A DNA stretch of 64,000 nt from contig CAXXUO010000003.1 in the NCBI GenBank assembly GCA_963666485.2, positions 370,958 through 434,957 of the forward strand. Reading direction: 5' to 3'. Positions 47,955 through 61,450 of this stretch are shown piece by piece (positions within the stretch are counted from its first letter, which is position 1; every line of letters begins with the position of its first letter). A program made the translations under genes and the position numbers. This stretch comes from Syntrophorhabdaceae bacterium (GTDB taxonomy: Bacteria; Desulfobacterota; Syntrophorhabdia; Syntrophorhabdales; Syntrophorhabdaceae). The notes under the pieces were generated by a model. The model was not told where the DNA came from. It ran no database searches and saw only the letters and a program-made list of their open reading frames with translations.

Positions 47955-48782
47955 ATGATGGCAGAATTGAAAGAAAGCGATTTCCAGAAGATAAGCCGTC
48001 TTGTTTATGAGTTATGCGGAATCAACCTACATGACGGGAAGAAGGAGCTGGTCAAAGCTCGACTGGGGAAACGCCTTCGAGAGGGCAATTTTTCTTCTTT
48101 CAGCGAATATTATAAGCACGTTACGACGGAAGAAGGTCAGGATGAGCTAATCATGATGATCGATTCGCTCTCGACGAATCTGACCTATTTTTTCCGTGAG
48201 GGAGCTCATTTTGAGAAGGTGCAAAAAATCCTGCCTGAACTGGCGACAGGAGCCCGGAGTGCAGAGCGACGAGGCTGCGGTGTGCAGATCTGGAGCGCTG
48301 CTTGTTCATCCGGAGAGGAGCCCTATTCCCTGGCTATCACGGTCAAGGAAAGTCTGGGCGGATTCGCTATTCCGGTTTCAATTCTGGCGACTGACATATC
48401 GACCCGGGTCCTGCAGATGGCAATGCGGGGTGTTTTTCCAGCAGAACGGATGAAAAATGTGCCGGAAAAGATACTGAAAAAATACTTTCAGTACGGGTCG
48501 GGGAAATGGAGTGGGTTTTTTCAGATCAAGAAAGAAATTCGGGATATGGTGCGCTTCATGCGCTTCAATTTAATGGATCCGCCGCCGGCCGAGTTTGTTT
48601 CCGACATCATTTTTTGTCGTAATGTCATGATTTATTTTGATAAACAGACACAGGAAATGTTGGTCAACCGACTCCACCAGACCTTAAAGCCGGATGGCTA
48701 TTTTTTTGTCGGTCATTCGGAAAGTTTGACGGGGCTGGCTCATCCTTTTAACTATATTGAACCGAGTGTTTATCGAAAATAA
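47955..48782 (+). CDS. cheR: Chemotaxis methyltransferase CheR
   Basis: TNLTYFFRE, WSAACSSGEEPYS, ATDIS, IFCRNVMIYF and GHSES. Confidence 0.97.
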   Translation: MMAELKESDFQKISRLVYELCGINLHDGKKELVKARLGKRLREGNFSSFSEYYKHVTTEEGQDELIMMIDSLSTNLTYFFREGAHFEKVQKILPELATGARSAERRGCGVQIWSAACSSGEEPYSLAITVKESLGGFAIPVSILATDISTRVLQMAMRGVFPAERMKNVPEKILKKYFQYGSGKWSGFFQIKKEIRDMVRFMRFNLMDPPPAEFVSDIIFCRNVMIYFDKQTQEMLVNRLHQTLKPDGYFFVGHSESLTGLAHPFNYIEPSVYRK

Positions 48783-48786
48783 ACCT

Positions 48787-49269
48787 ATGGCAGATATTAT
48801 TGTTGGTATTTCCGATCTTAAAGTCAGTAACAATCCCGGTGATGTGTTGGTAACATTTGCTCTTGGTTCCTGCATTGCCGTAGCCATCTATGACCCGGTT
48901 GTCAAGGCGGGGGGATTGCTGCACTATATGCTTCCGGATTCGAATCTGGATTTGAGGAAAGCACAGGATCAGCCGGGCATGTTTGCCGACACCGGCGTGC
49001 CGCTCCTGTTCAAATCCTGCTATCGCCTGGGAGCGGAAAAAAAACGGTTGATTGTCAAAGTCGCCGGTGGGGCAAGCATTTTGGACGACACCAATTTCTT
49101 TCGTATCGGTCAGAAGAACATCACGGCCCTCCGGAAAATATTCTGGAAGAACAACGTGATGATCGAGGCTGAGGATACCGGGTCAAATTATAATCGCACA
49201 GTACGTCTGGACCTGTCGAACGGAAAATTTCTGATCAAGAGTTCGATGGGAATGATGAAGGAATTATAA
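48787..49269 (+). CDS. cheD: Chemoreceptor glutamine deamidase CheD
   Basis: ALGSCIAV, HYMLP, FADTG, KVAGGA, IGQKN and EDTG. Confidence 0.93.
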   Translation: MADIIVGISDLKVSNNPGDVLVTFALGSCIAVAIYDPVVKAGGLLHYMLPDSNLDLRKAQDQPGMFADTGVPLLFKSCYRLGAEKKRLIVKVAGGASILDDTNFFRIGQKNITALRKIFWKNNVMIEAEDTGSNYNRTVRLDLSNGKFLIKSSMGMMKEL

Positions 49270-49271
49270 TC

Positions 49272-50117
49272 ATGTTGGAGAAGATTATTCGTTCGGTGCA
49301 GAGCATTCCGGCATTCCCGATGACGGTCCAGAAAGTGGCCCAACTGGTATCCCGGGAAGACTATGCCATGGCGGATCTGGTGAATGTGATCAAGTATGAC
49401 CAATCGATCACCGCCAATATACTGAAGATGAGCAACGCGGCTTATTTCGGTTCTCGTCATAAAATCAAGTCGATTCAGGAAGCCGTCATGTATCTGGGAC
49501 AGCAGAATCTCCTACGCGTCGTCCAGACAGCCGGAATTTCCCGCTTCTATCGGAGGGTAACCGGCGGTTATGTGACTTCGGCCCGGGATCTGTGGAAACA
49601 CTCTATTGCAGTGGCGATGATGTCCCAGATCCTGTCTCAGAAAATTTTCCGCTGTGATGATTCGGTCCTCTACACAGCGGCAATCCTGCACGATATTGGG
49701 AAAGTTTTCCTCGGCGAATTTGTTCAGGAATCATTCAGTAAGATTGAACATTTGGTGATGGATCGTGGTTATTCCTTCCTGGATGCGGAACATGAAGTGC
49801 TGGGCATCGATCATGCAGCACTCGGAGGGATGATTGCCGAGCATTGGCGCTTCCCGGCGGAAACCCGGGATGCCATCGCCTACCACCATCGTCCGGACCT
49901 CTTGGACAAAGAAGGGGATCATATTTCGTGGTTGGTGTACCTGTCCGACCAATTGTGCCTGATGGTCGGGGTAGACGGCGGCATCGACGGCTTGGCCTAT
50001 AAGGGTTTGGAGGAAAGTCTGACAAGGTTCCATCTTCGGGAGCAGGATCTGGAACAGGTCATGGTCAAACTGTTGGAAGCCATGGAAGGTGCGGAAGACA
50101 TCATTAATAGTGTGTAA
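49272..50117 (+). CDS. HDOD-domain protein
   Basis: IPAFP, DQSITANILKMSNAAYF, LWKHS and LHDIGK. Confidence 0.92.
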   Translation: MLEKIIRSVQSIPAFPMTVQKVAQLVSREDYAMADLVNVIKYDQSITANILKMSNAAYFGSRHKIKSIQEAVMYLGQQNLLRVVQTAGISRFYRRVTGGYVTSARDLWKHSIAVAMMSQILSQKIFRCDDSVLYTAAILHDIGKVFLGEFVQESFSKIEHLVMDRGYSFLDAEHEVLGIDHAALGGMIAEHWRFPAETRDAIAYHHRPDLLDKEGDHISWLVYLSDQLCLMVGVDGGIDGLAYKGLEESLTRFHLREQDLEQVMVKLLEAMEGAEDIINSV

Positions 50118-50143
50118 GCAAGCAATGAGGACGAGGGCTAATC

Positions 50144-50566
50144 ATGTCATTTAATGTATTGATCGTGGATGATTCAAACGCGATGCGTTCCGTAATCCGT
50201 AAGGTTATCCAACTGTCCGGTTTCCGGATGGATCGTTGTTATGAGGCGGGAAACGGAAAACAAGCCCTGGAGGTTTTATCCGGTGAGTGGGTCGATGTGA
50301 TCCTGTCGGATATCCACATGCCGGAAATGGATGGCTTCGAATTGCTGAAAGAAATCAGCAAGCATGATGTCTTCAAAAATATTCCCGTGATCATGATCTC
50401 AACCGAGGGAAGTTTGGAACGGGTTAATGAAGCCTATGCTCTGGGGGCGAAGGGATTTATCAAGAAGCCGTTTTTACCGGAGGAATTGAAACGCATACTG
50501 CACGAAGTGATAGGGGTGGGAGATGAAGGAGAATATCAGACAGACACTGACGAAGGCGACTTTTGA
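50144..50566 (+). CDS. cheY: CheY-like response regulator
   Basis: Stand-alone receiver: IVDDS, DIHMPEMDG and KKPF. Confidence 0.8.
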   Translation: MSFNVLIVDDSNAMRSVIRKVIQLSGFRMDRCYEAGNGKQALEVLSGEWVDVILSDIHMPEMDGFELLKEISKHDVFKNIPVIMISTEGSLERVNEAYALGAKGFIKKPFLPEELKRILHEVIGVGDEGEYQTDTDEGDF

Positions 50567-50981
50567 GGTCTTCGAGAAGATGTTTTTTGTCTTTTTGGAA
50601 CCGGTAGAAACCGCACCGAAACCGTATGATCACTTGTCGGCAATCGATTTCGGCGGCCGAGCCACCGGGACGCTCCGTATCATGATGTCGCGGGGACTGG
50701 CGGAAACGATGGCCCAAAACATGCTGGGTTGTGACCCATCTGAGGTTACGGCAGCCATGATCGAAGACTGCTGCCGAGAGGCAGCCAACATGGTGTGCGG
50801 GAATTTTCTGCGTAAGATGAGTGAGCAGGATGTGTTTAATCTGAGTCTTCCGAGATGTGTACCGGCGGATCAGGCTGGAAATCTCGGACTGCCGCCGTCG
50901 GGGGCGGATGATGTGTCGATTGTTTTTGACACGGAAGGGGAGTCTTTGCAACTTAAGCTTTCCTGGAAAGACGCGGGCTGA
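50523..50981 (+). CDS. cheX: CheX-like phosphatase
   Basis: EVFEKMFF and EAANMVCGN (E-x-x-N motif). Confidence 0.7.
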   Translation: MKENIRQTLTKATFEVFEKMFFVFLEPVETAPKPYDHLSAIDFGGRATGTLRIMMSRGLAETMAQNMLGCDPSEVTAAMIEDCCREAANMVCGNFLRKMSEQDVFNLSLPRCVPADQAGNLGLPPSGADDVSIVFDTEGESLQLKLSWKDAG

Positions 50982-50998
50982 AAGCTCCGGGAGCGGTC

Positions 50999-54761
<3,763 letters not shown>

Positions 54762-54814
54762 AGGGCATTATTCGGTAAACGGAACACGGGAAATTTTCTC
54801 AAGGAGAGCAAGCA

Positions 54815-55195
54815 ATGGATAAAAGTATAAAGATTTTGATTGTCGACGATTTCGCCACCATGCGGAAGGTCATCCGAAATCTGCTTAAACAAAGCGGATA
54901 TGAGAACATTGTCGAGGCAGAAGATGGGGTAAACGCCCTGAAAATTCTGAAATCGCAGAAAATTGATTTTATCGTCTCCGACTGGAACATGCCTAACATG
55001 AGCGGTCTGGAGCTGCTGAAAGCCGTGCGTGCGGATGAAGATTTAAAGACCCTGCCCTTCTTGATGGTAACGGCGGAAGCCCTCCAGGAAAATGTCGTTG
55101 CCGCCGTCAAGGCCGGAGTCAGTAACTATATCGTCAAGCCCTTCACGTCGGAAACCCTGGACGAGAAGATCAAGAAAATCATGGAGAAGATGTAA
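54815..55195 (+). CDS. cheY: Chemotaxis response regulator CheY
   Basis: [21 protein letters not shown] and YIVKPF. Confidence 0.96.
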   Translation: MDKSIKILIVDDFATMRKVIRNLLKQSGYENIVEAEDGVNALKILKSQKIDFIVSDWNMPNMSGLELLKAVRADEDLKTLPFLMVTAEALQENVVAAVKAGVSNYIVKPFTSETLDEKIKKIMEKM

Positions 55196-55221
55196 TCCAC
55201 CAACGAAAAGAGGAAACCCCA

Positions 55222-55689
55222 ATGAACGTCAAATTTATCAACCCATTTTTAGAAGGGACAACCAGCGTACTCAACACGATGGCCTTCGTTTCGCCCCGCG
55301 CGGGGAAACCCTATTTGAAGAAAGAAAGCATGGCCGTCGGAGATATCTCCGGGATCATTGGTCTGACCGGCGCGGCCCGAGGGTCGCTGGCGCTGAGTTT
55401 CAGCAAGGGCTGCATTCTTAAAATTGTCTCCAACATGCTGGGGGAAGAGATCAACGATATCAATGGCGATATCAAGGATGCCGTGGGTGAGCTGACCAAT
55501 ATGGTTTCCGGTGTGGCGAGAAAGAAGCTGGAGGCGGAAGGGTTAAACATTACAGCGGCAATTCCCACGGTTGTTGCCGGAACGAACCATTCTATCGTTC
55601 ATGTCCTGGGCGGTCCCAGCATCATTATTCCTTTTGAGATCGATGAGGGACCTTTCGTGGTCGATATCTGCCTGTCAGATGGGACTTAA
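55222..55689 (+). CDS. cheX: Chemotaxis phosphatase CheX
   Basis: FINPFL, DISGIIGLTG, DAVGELTNMVSG and IPTVV. Confidence 0.93.
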   Translation: MNVKFINPFLEGTTSVLNTMAFVSPRAGKPYLKKESMAVGDISGIIGLTGAARGSLALSFSKGCILKIVSNMLGEEINDINGDIKDAVGELTNMVSGVARKKLEAEGLNITAAIPTVVAGTNHSIVHVLGGPSIIIPFEIDEGPFVVDICLSDGT

Positions 55690-56621
55690 AAAGGAGGTCT
55701 TTGCATAAACGGCGGGGGCGACTGGTTAGCCGGGGGAACCACCGCTGGTGAAGCCGCCGCCGTTACAGCCTTTGGTTGAAGCAAGATAATACTGATCCTT
55801 CGGTTGCGGGGGTCCCGGGGATCTTCCTTCACATAAAGCTCCTGATCCGCATAACCGACCACCCGTGCAATCCGGGTCGGTTCAATCCCGTTGTTTTCCA
55901 GTTCACGCCGAGCAGCCGATGCGCGTGATGTGGACAATTCCCAGTTGGTAATCTGACCGCCCCGGAACGGCGCGGAATCCGTGTGGCCCTCGATGGCCAC
56001 CCGGTTCGGTACATCCCGGATGTTGTCCGCCACGATCGCCAGGATCTGACGAGCTTTGACGGTCGGGTCGGCGCTTCCCAGGGTAAACATGGGGCTTCCT
56101 TCCATGTCCACAATCTGGATGCGGACTCCGCCTTCCACCACATCGACAAAAACCTGATTCTTGACAAATTTCAGCTTTTCCTCAATGGCTGTCTTGAGTT
56201 TCTTGACCAGGTCTTCTGTCGAGATACCCCCGCCTCCTTCGATTTTAACCACACTGAAGCCCATGGAGCCTTTGACCTGACCTTTTGTATCCTGGTTGGC
56301 GGCGCCGGCCCCGTCTTTGTTCAATCCCTTGGCCGACATTTTAGAGCCCATACCTTGCCTATCGAGGACCTGGTTGGATTTATCCAGAAAAGATTGGCCT
56401 GATCCGGTCATCTCTTTGAATATATTAAAGTTTTTAAAATATTCAGAGAGGGCGAGGCGTTTCTCCGGCGAAACCATCGTAATCAACCACAGCAGGAGAA
56501 AAAATGCCATCATGGCCGTGACGAAGTCGGCGTAGGCCACTTTCCAGGAACCGCCGTGATGCCCTTCATGACCCTTTTTAATCTTTTTGATAACAATGAT
56601 GGGAGAAGATCGATCATCCAT
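55686..56621 (-). CDS. motB: Flagellar stator MotB
   Basis: WKVAYADFVTAMMAFF, EGHTD, NWELSTSRA and NRRI. Confidence 0.96.
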   Translation of the reverse strand: MDDRSSPIIVIKKIKKGHEGHHGGSWKVAYADFVTAMMAFFLLLWLITMVSPEKRLALSEYFKNFNIFKEMTGSGQSFLDKSNQVLDRQGMGSKMSAKGLNKDGAGAANQDTKGQVKGSMGFSVVKIEGGGGISTEDLVKKLKTAIEEKLKFVKNQVFVDVVEGGVRIQIVDMEGSPMFTLGSADPTVKARQILAIVADNIRDVPNRVAIEGHTDSAPFRGGQITNWELSTSRASAARRELENNGIEPTRIARVVGYADQELYVKEDPRDPRNRRISIILLQPKAVTAAASPAVVPPANQSPPPFMQRPPF

Positions 56622-57478
56622 TATTTTTTCGCCTGACGGAAGGCCTCTTCCACATCCGCAAATGTCGGTCTGGCCTCAGTGGGAATGACCCGGCGGCCGA
56701 ATTCGACCGCCACTTTTGGGGCCGCACCGCCGATAAAAGACAACAGGGCGACCTTCAGTACCATCAAATACTGAAGATGTTCCGCCGCGCTGTGCTCGAG
56801 GTTTCGGCCCATGGGTCCGACAAATCCATAACACATCAAAACGCCCAGAAAAGTGCCGACCAAGGCGGCGCCGATATGCTGGCCGAGAACTTCCGGTGGT
56901 TCACCAATTTTCCCCATGGTGATGACGATCCCCAGAACGGCGGCGACGATTCCCAGTCCGGGCAAAGCATCGGCTACGAAGTTTACACTTTTCGATGGCC
57001 CCGTCAGTTCTTCCATGTGGGTTTCCAGCTCGCTATCCAGCAGGGCTTCCAGTTCATGAGGGGCAATCGTTGTCGTCATGACGGTCCGCAGCGTATCGGT
57101 GATCAGATTAATGGCCCGCTCATTTTTTAGAATGTGAGGATATTTATTGAAAACGGGACTTTCTTCGGGGCGATCCACGTCCGACTCAATGGAAACCAAC
57201 CCCTGTTGCCGAATTTTGTAAAAAATGCCATTTAAAAGAAGCAGTGCATCCAGGTAGTCGTTCTTGGAAAGATGCTTTCCCGCAAAAATTCCGGCAACTG
57301 ATCCCGCTACTTTTTTTGCCAGTTTCAGTGGATTGGAGATCAGAAAACCACCGATGGCCGCCCCGAAAATGATCAGTACTTCTGTTGGCTGAATCAGGAC
57401 CGACAGGTTGCCGTGTGCGATGAGATATCCGCCGACCACACAGGAGAAGACAACAACGAACCCGATAATCGCAATCAT
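56621..57478 (-). CDS. motA: Flagellar stator MotA
   Basis: LPGLGIVAAVLGIV, AALVGTFLG and AVEFGRR. Confidence 0.96.
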   Translation of the reverse strand: MIAIIGFVVVFSCVVGGYLIAHGNLSVLIQPTEVLIIFGAAIGGFLISNPLKLAKKVAGSVAGIFAGKHLSKNDYLDALLLLNGIFYKIRQQGLVSIESDVDRPEESPVFNKYPHILKNERAINLITDTLRTVMTTTIAPHELEALLDSELETHMEELTGPSKSVNFVADALPGLGIVAAVLGIVITMGKIGEPPEVLGQHIGAALVGTFLGVLMCYGFVGPMGRNLEHSAAEHLQYLMVLKVALLSFIGGAAPKVAVEFGRRVIPTEARPTFADVEEAFRQAKK

Positions 57479-57480
57479 GA

Positions 57481-58032
57481 TCAGTCTTTCTCCCCTCTTT
57501 TCGCCCTCAGGATTTCCCGTTCTTTTTCGAAAACAAACCGGACGATTTCGTTACGGATCGGTTCATCCATTTCCTGGAATTTCAGGGCGATCCGGAACTG
57601 TTCATGACGCCTTTCGGAGGAGAGCACCTCGGCGTAGATTTGGACCGCAACGGGGGGAAGGGAAAACAAGATAACTTTGATTTCTAAAACCGCTCCGACC
57701 GAGATATCGGTCTCGGACAAGAAATCCATGCCGCTGGCGCTGAGGGTCACCATTTTCACCGGGAGGGACTGAAATCCTCCCTGGAAAATGGCAATCATCC
57801 GCATAACGGCGTCCAGTTTTGCATTGATGGTCTTCAGCCAGACGGACAGGTGGGCATCTCCGATTTCCGGCAGCGAAGACAGTTCACTGTAAATCGGTTC
57901 TCCGAAGAGCTGTGCCCGGGAAATTTCCTGTTCCTCCTTAGGTACGATACGTGCGCTAAAAGGGAGCAGGGCGGTAATTCGCGAATACTCCCGTTTATTT
58001 GAGACTGTTTCTTCCGGCATTCTTGTATCCAT
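57481..58032 (-). CDS. PilZ-domain protein
   Basis: KREYSR (RxxxR) and TLSASGM (variant of D/NxSxxG); C-terminal FVFEKEREIL. Confidence 0.8.
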   Translation of the reverse strand: MDTRMPEETVSNKREYSRITALLPFSARIVPKEEQEISRAQLFGEPIYSELSSLPEIGDAHLSVWLKTINAKLDAVMRMIAIFQGGFQSLPVKMVTLSASGMDFLSETDISVGAVLEIKVILFSLPPVAVQIYAEVLSSERRHEQFRIALKFQEMDEPIRNEIVRFVFEKEREILRAKRGEKD

Positions 58033-58214
58033 TAATTAACCCTTTCCCCATCAGGGCGATACAGCCGCTGTGGATCGTCTTGGCGCTGACTGTGAAGCAG
58101 CTTTAAACATAACCCAATGTGCATGAACTTATTAACCATTCGAATTTGTTCTGTAAATTGATATTAGGCCAGGACTTTTAATAAATTCCCCGGCAAATCC
58201 TTTTCGGGATTATT

Positions 58215-58230
58215 TGCAAGACTGATACCG
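58215..58230 (-). promoter_or_regulatory. Possible sigma54 promoter for pilZ-motAB
   Basis: Minus strand CGGTATCAGTCTTGCA has GG-N10-GC spacing. Confidence 0.5.
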
Positions 58231-58471
58231 AAAATTCTCTTCGTGGCCATAAAAATCACAAATTATTGCCCTGTGGTATGAAACCGGAGTTTTTCCAATG
58301 GTTGTTTTATGAATTAAGCGGTCTAGGGTCTTCGATAATCGCGGTGGCGGGAGAGTATATTGTCAAAATATTGGCTCAGAATTGAAACCTTGGCGACCCC
58401 CAATCAACTAGATTCGATTTCTTCGCTCCCTAAATGGACGGTCTCTGAGAAATTCTCGCTCCTGTCTTTTC

Positions 58472-58487
58472 TGGTACATAAATTGCT
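58472..58487 (+). promoter_or_regulatory. Sigma54 promoter for the SPOR-TPR operon
   Basis: TGGTACATAAATTGCT has GG-N10-GC spacing and is near consensus. Confidence 0.65.
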
Positions 58488-58609
58488 CGCGAAGCAGACA
58501 GATGGTCATAGTTTGGGGTGTAAAAGGTTCTTCCCGGGAAGACCAGGCTGCAAGAGGGAATAATAAGTCGGTGGTAAAATTGATCGGATCTTATACCAAA
58601 CAAAACAGA

Positions 58610-61354
58610 ATGCTTCGGTCCATCAGGTCGTCTTTATATTGCCTATATACAGGTCGGTTTGTCGCTGTACTTGCAGCTCTGCTGATGCTGCAACTCATCT
58701 CAGCACCAGTGTGGGCGGAGCAGACTCATGGGAAGCAGAAACAGCAAAAGGGTGGATATTGTCTGGTCTTTTCCTCTTTCCAGGATGACCGGATGGCCGT
58801 TTCCGAAGTTCAGCGGCTGAAAGAGCGCGGGTTCCCGGCGTTCTACCAGAAAACAACGGAAGGGCAATCCACAAAGTTCCTTGTTCTGGCCGGTCCCTAC
58901 GCGACCAAAGCCAAAACGGCGACGGTGGGCGAAAAGCTTCAGCAGATGGGCTTGGTGGACCGGATACGGCTGATTGCACTGAATAAATCGGATGAGAAGG
59001 GAATCGGCAAAGAAGAGGAAAAGACAGAACAGCAGAGCATTTCCACAAGTAAAGTGGTTTCGCAGACAGACAAGCCGAACAACACAAAAAAAGTCAAAGT
59101 AAAGAACGCGACCCTGCCGGTGTCCCCCGAAAGTAAGGCATCTAAGGTGTTTAATGCAGTTTTAAACCCTGCGACCGCCCAAGCAGCGACTCAACCGGCG
59201 TCGAAATCGGAAAAGACCTCTCTGTCTGTGTCGGTAAAAAAGCTGGCGGCAGCCCAGCAAAGTTTGGGTACGGTTCCCCGGGAGAAACCGGAATTAAAAA
59301 AAGAAAAACAGAATTTCCCGGTCACCCCAGAACCAGCAGCCGAAGTTAAACCATCGCCGCAGGCGGTTATTCCCGAAACCGTTTCCGCCCCCGCCATGCC
59401 GGCGCCTCCCGTTACCCCGGCCTGGCCCTACTTTGATGCTGCGATGAAAGATTTCCAGAAGGGACTTTATGTCAAGGCCCGCCCGGTTTTTCAGGATATT
59501 CTGGGCAGACGGGAAATCGGACAGCCCTGGCGTGAGTTGGCCGAGCGGCGTCTTGTAGATTGCATGTATTTTCTTAAAGAAAGTAACAACAGCAATGCGC
59601 TGTCAGAGTTGGTCTATCAGTATAAAAATATTCTTTTTAAATATCCCGACATCCGCCATGGGAATGATCTTGCCTACTGGCGTCTGGGCCATCTTTACAA
59701 AGCCATGGCGCTCTATGTGGATGCGGCTGATGCCTTAAACAACTTATTGACCAGGTATCCGGGCTCAACTCTTGCGGAAGAAGGACTTTTCCAGAAGGGG
59801 GAGATTCTGCGCCTGGATAAGAAATATCCCCAGGCGGCAGAGGCCCTCCAGACATTTTATGCGAAATACCCGTCAAGTGGCCTCTCCAGGTCTGCGGTGT
59901 TTGCCCTGGCAGATACCTATTACCGCATGGGCCGCTCCCGGGAAGCCGATGTCTGGTATAACAGTGCCCTCCAGCGCTGGCCGGATCTATATGGTCTGCC
60001 CGACGGCATTTTTCTCAATACGGCTTATCATTTCTATAATACGGGAAATTACCGGCGTGCATTTCAGATTTTTGCTTACTTCCGCAGCCTTTATCCGGGC
60101 AGCACCAATGCCCCTGCCGCCACCCGCGGTATGGCGAAGAGCCTTGCCAAAATGGGCAAGACCGCATCGGCTGTTCGTGTCCTGAGTACTGATTTAGCGG
60201 GGCGGGATAAGAAAGAATCCGTACGTAATCGATTGCTGATGGCGGAATTGGGTACGGTGGAACCGAAAGCCCGGACTTCTGCTTGTTTCCCGGGAGTTGA
60301 TAATTACCGGGAACCGCTGCTCAGCTGTGATCGGATGCTTATTGAGCTTAGGGGTGATGCCCTGACCGATGAGGTTCTGGCCCGGAAGGGACAGGTCTTG
60401 AGAACCATGAATATGAATCAGGAGGCGTTTAATGCCTACGCCGCCCTGCTCCAACTGTATCCCAAGAGTTCCTTTGAGGCAACCTGCCGCCAGGGTATGG
60501 AAGAAACCCGGAATATCCTGGTGAATGATTATTACCGAACGGGGGATCATCTCGCCGTTGCCGGTCTGTATTTTACGGAGAGCGGTTTTACGTATCATCT
60601 GGATACGGACGTGCTGTTCAAAATTGCCGACAGTCTCAAGCGGCTGGGGCTGTATGCGCAAGCAGCCAAAACGTTTCAGGATTTGAAGAATACGCAGAGT
60701 TATCCGAATCCTGAAATGCTGGACCTGGACATTGCCGAAGCGGAAATCAAAGCCGGGAAAGTCAAGGAAGGACAGGCCCGCTTGATCACCCTGCTCGGTC
60801 AGAAACGAGTTGCGGGGATCGAAGCCAAAAAGGCCAACAGAATTCTGGCCGATGCATATTATACACAACGTAACTATGACAGCGCGATGGCTTATTATGC
60901 CGCAGCGATGCCTGTAAACGGAGGTGAGGAGGGCGCCGTCCTTTCTCTTTACCGCTATGCTGACACCCTGAAAAGAAAAGGTCAGGGGACACTGGCCAAC
61001 CAGTATTTCCAGCAAGCATTAACAGCCGCAACGGTCACTCCGAATGCATTATCTCCGATGGTGAAAGGAACACTGCAGATGGAACTGGCGGAATCTTATC
61101 TGACCTCGGCGAATTATAACCAGGCCATTGCCATGCTGACACAATCTTTATCCGTGCTGCCGAAAGGGGCCGACCAGCGCTGGGCTCTGTTTCGCTTAAC
61201 CGGAGGATATCTCAAGACGAACAACCCCGATTTGGCGGAAAAGTCATCGGTGCGGGTCAGAGAAAACACGGAAGATCCCTTCTGGGTTAAAATGGCCGAC
61301 TATGGCTTAAATGACGGGCTCTGGTTTGTGAATTACGAAGATTACTTAAAATAA
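58610..61354 (+). CDS. Exported SPOR-domain + TPR protein in flagellar context
   Basis: Signal peptide, SPOR-like segment (SSFQD..RLKERGFPAF..VLAGPY), Pro/Lys-rich linker and TPR repeats; start uncertain. Confidence 0.8.
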   Translation: MLRSIRSSLYCLYTGRFVAVLAALLMLQLISAPVWAEQTHGKQKQQKGGYCLVFSSFQDDRMAVSEVQRLKERGFPAFYQKTTEGQSTKFLVLAGPYATKAKTATVGEKLQQMGLVDRIRLIALNKSDEKGIGKEEEKTEQQSISTSKVVSQTDKPNNTKKVKVKNATLPVSPESKASKVFNAVLNPATAQAATQPASKSEKTSLSVSVKKLAAAQQSLGTVPREKPELKKEKQNFPVTPEPAAEVKPSPQAVIPETVSAPAMPAPPVTPAWPYFDAAMKDFQKGLYVKARPVFQDILGRREIGQPWRELAERRLVDCMYFLKESNNSNALSELVYQYKNILFKYPDIRHGNDLAYWRLGHLYKAMALYVDAADALNNLLTRYPGSTLAEEGLFQKGEILRLDKKYPQAAEALQTFYAKYPSSGLSRSAVFALADTYYRMGRSREADVWYNSALQRWPDLYGLPDGIFLNTAYHFYNTGNYRRAFQIFAYFRSLYPGSTNAPAATRGMAKSLAKMGKTASAVRVLSTDLAGRDKKESVRNRLLMAELGTVEPKARTSACFPGVDNYREPLLSCDRMLIELRGDALTDEVLARKGQVLRTMNMNQEAFNAYAALLQLYPKSSFEATCRQGMEETRNILVNDYYRTGDHLAVAGLYFTESGFTYHLDTDVLFKIADSLKRLGLYAQAAKTFQDLKNTQSYPNPEMLDLDIAEAEIKAGKVKEGQARLITLLGQKRVAGIEAKKANRILADAYYTQRNYDSAMAYYAAAMPVNGGEEGAVLSLYRYADTLKRKGQGTLANQYFQQALTAATVTPNALSPMVKGTLQMELAESYLTSANYNQAIAMLTQSLSVLPKGADQRWALFRLTGGYLKTNNPDLAEKSSVRVRENTEDPFWVKMADYGLNDGLWFVNYEDYLK

Positions 61355-61450
61355 AGGAGCCTATGGGCAACAGAATCCCTTCCGGGAGCGGCATTAACCC
61401 CGCCTCCAATGCCACCACGATGCGTCATGAGGTTGACACATGAAAAAGAT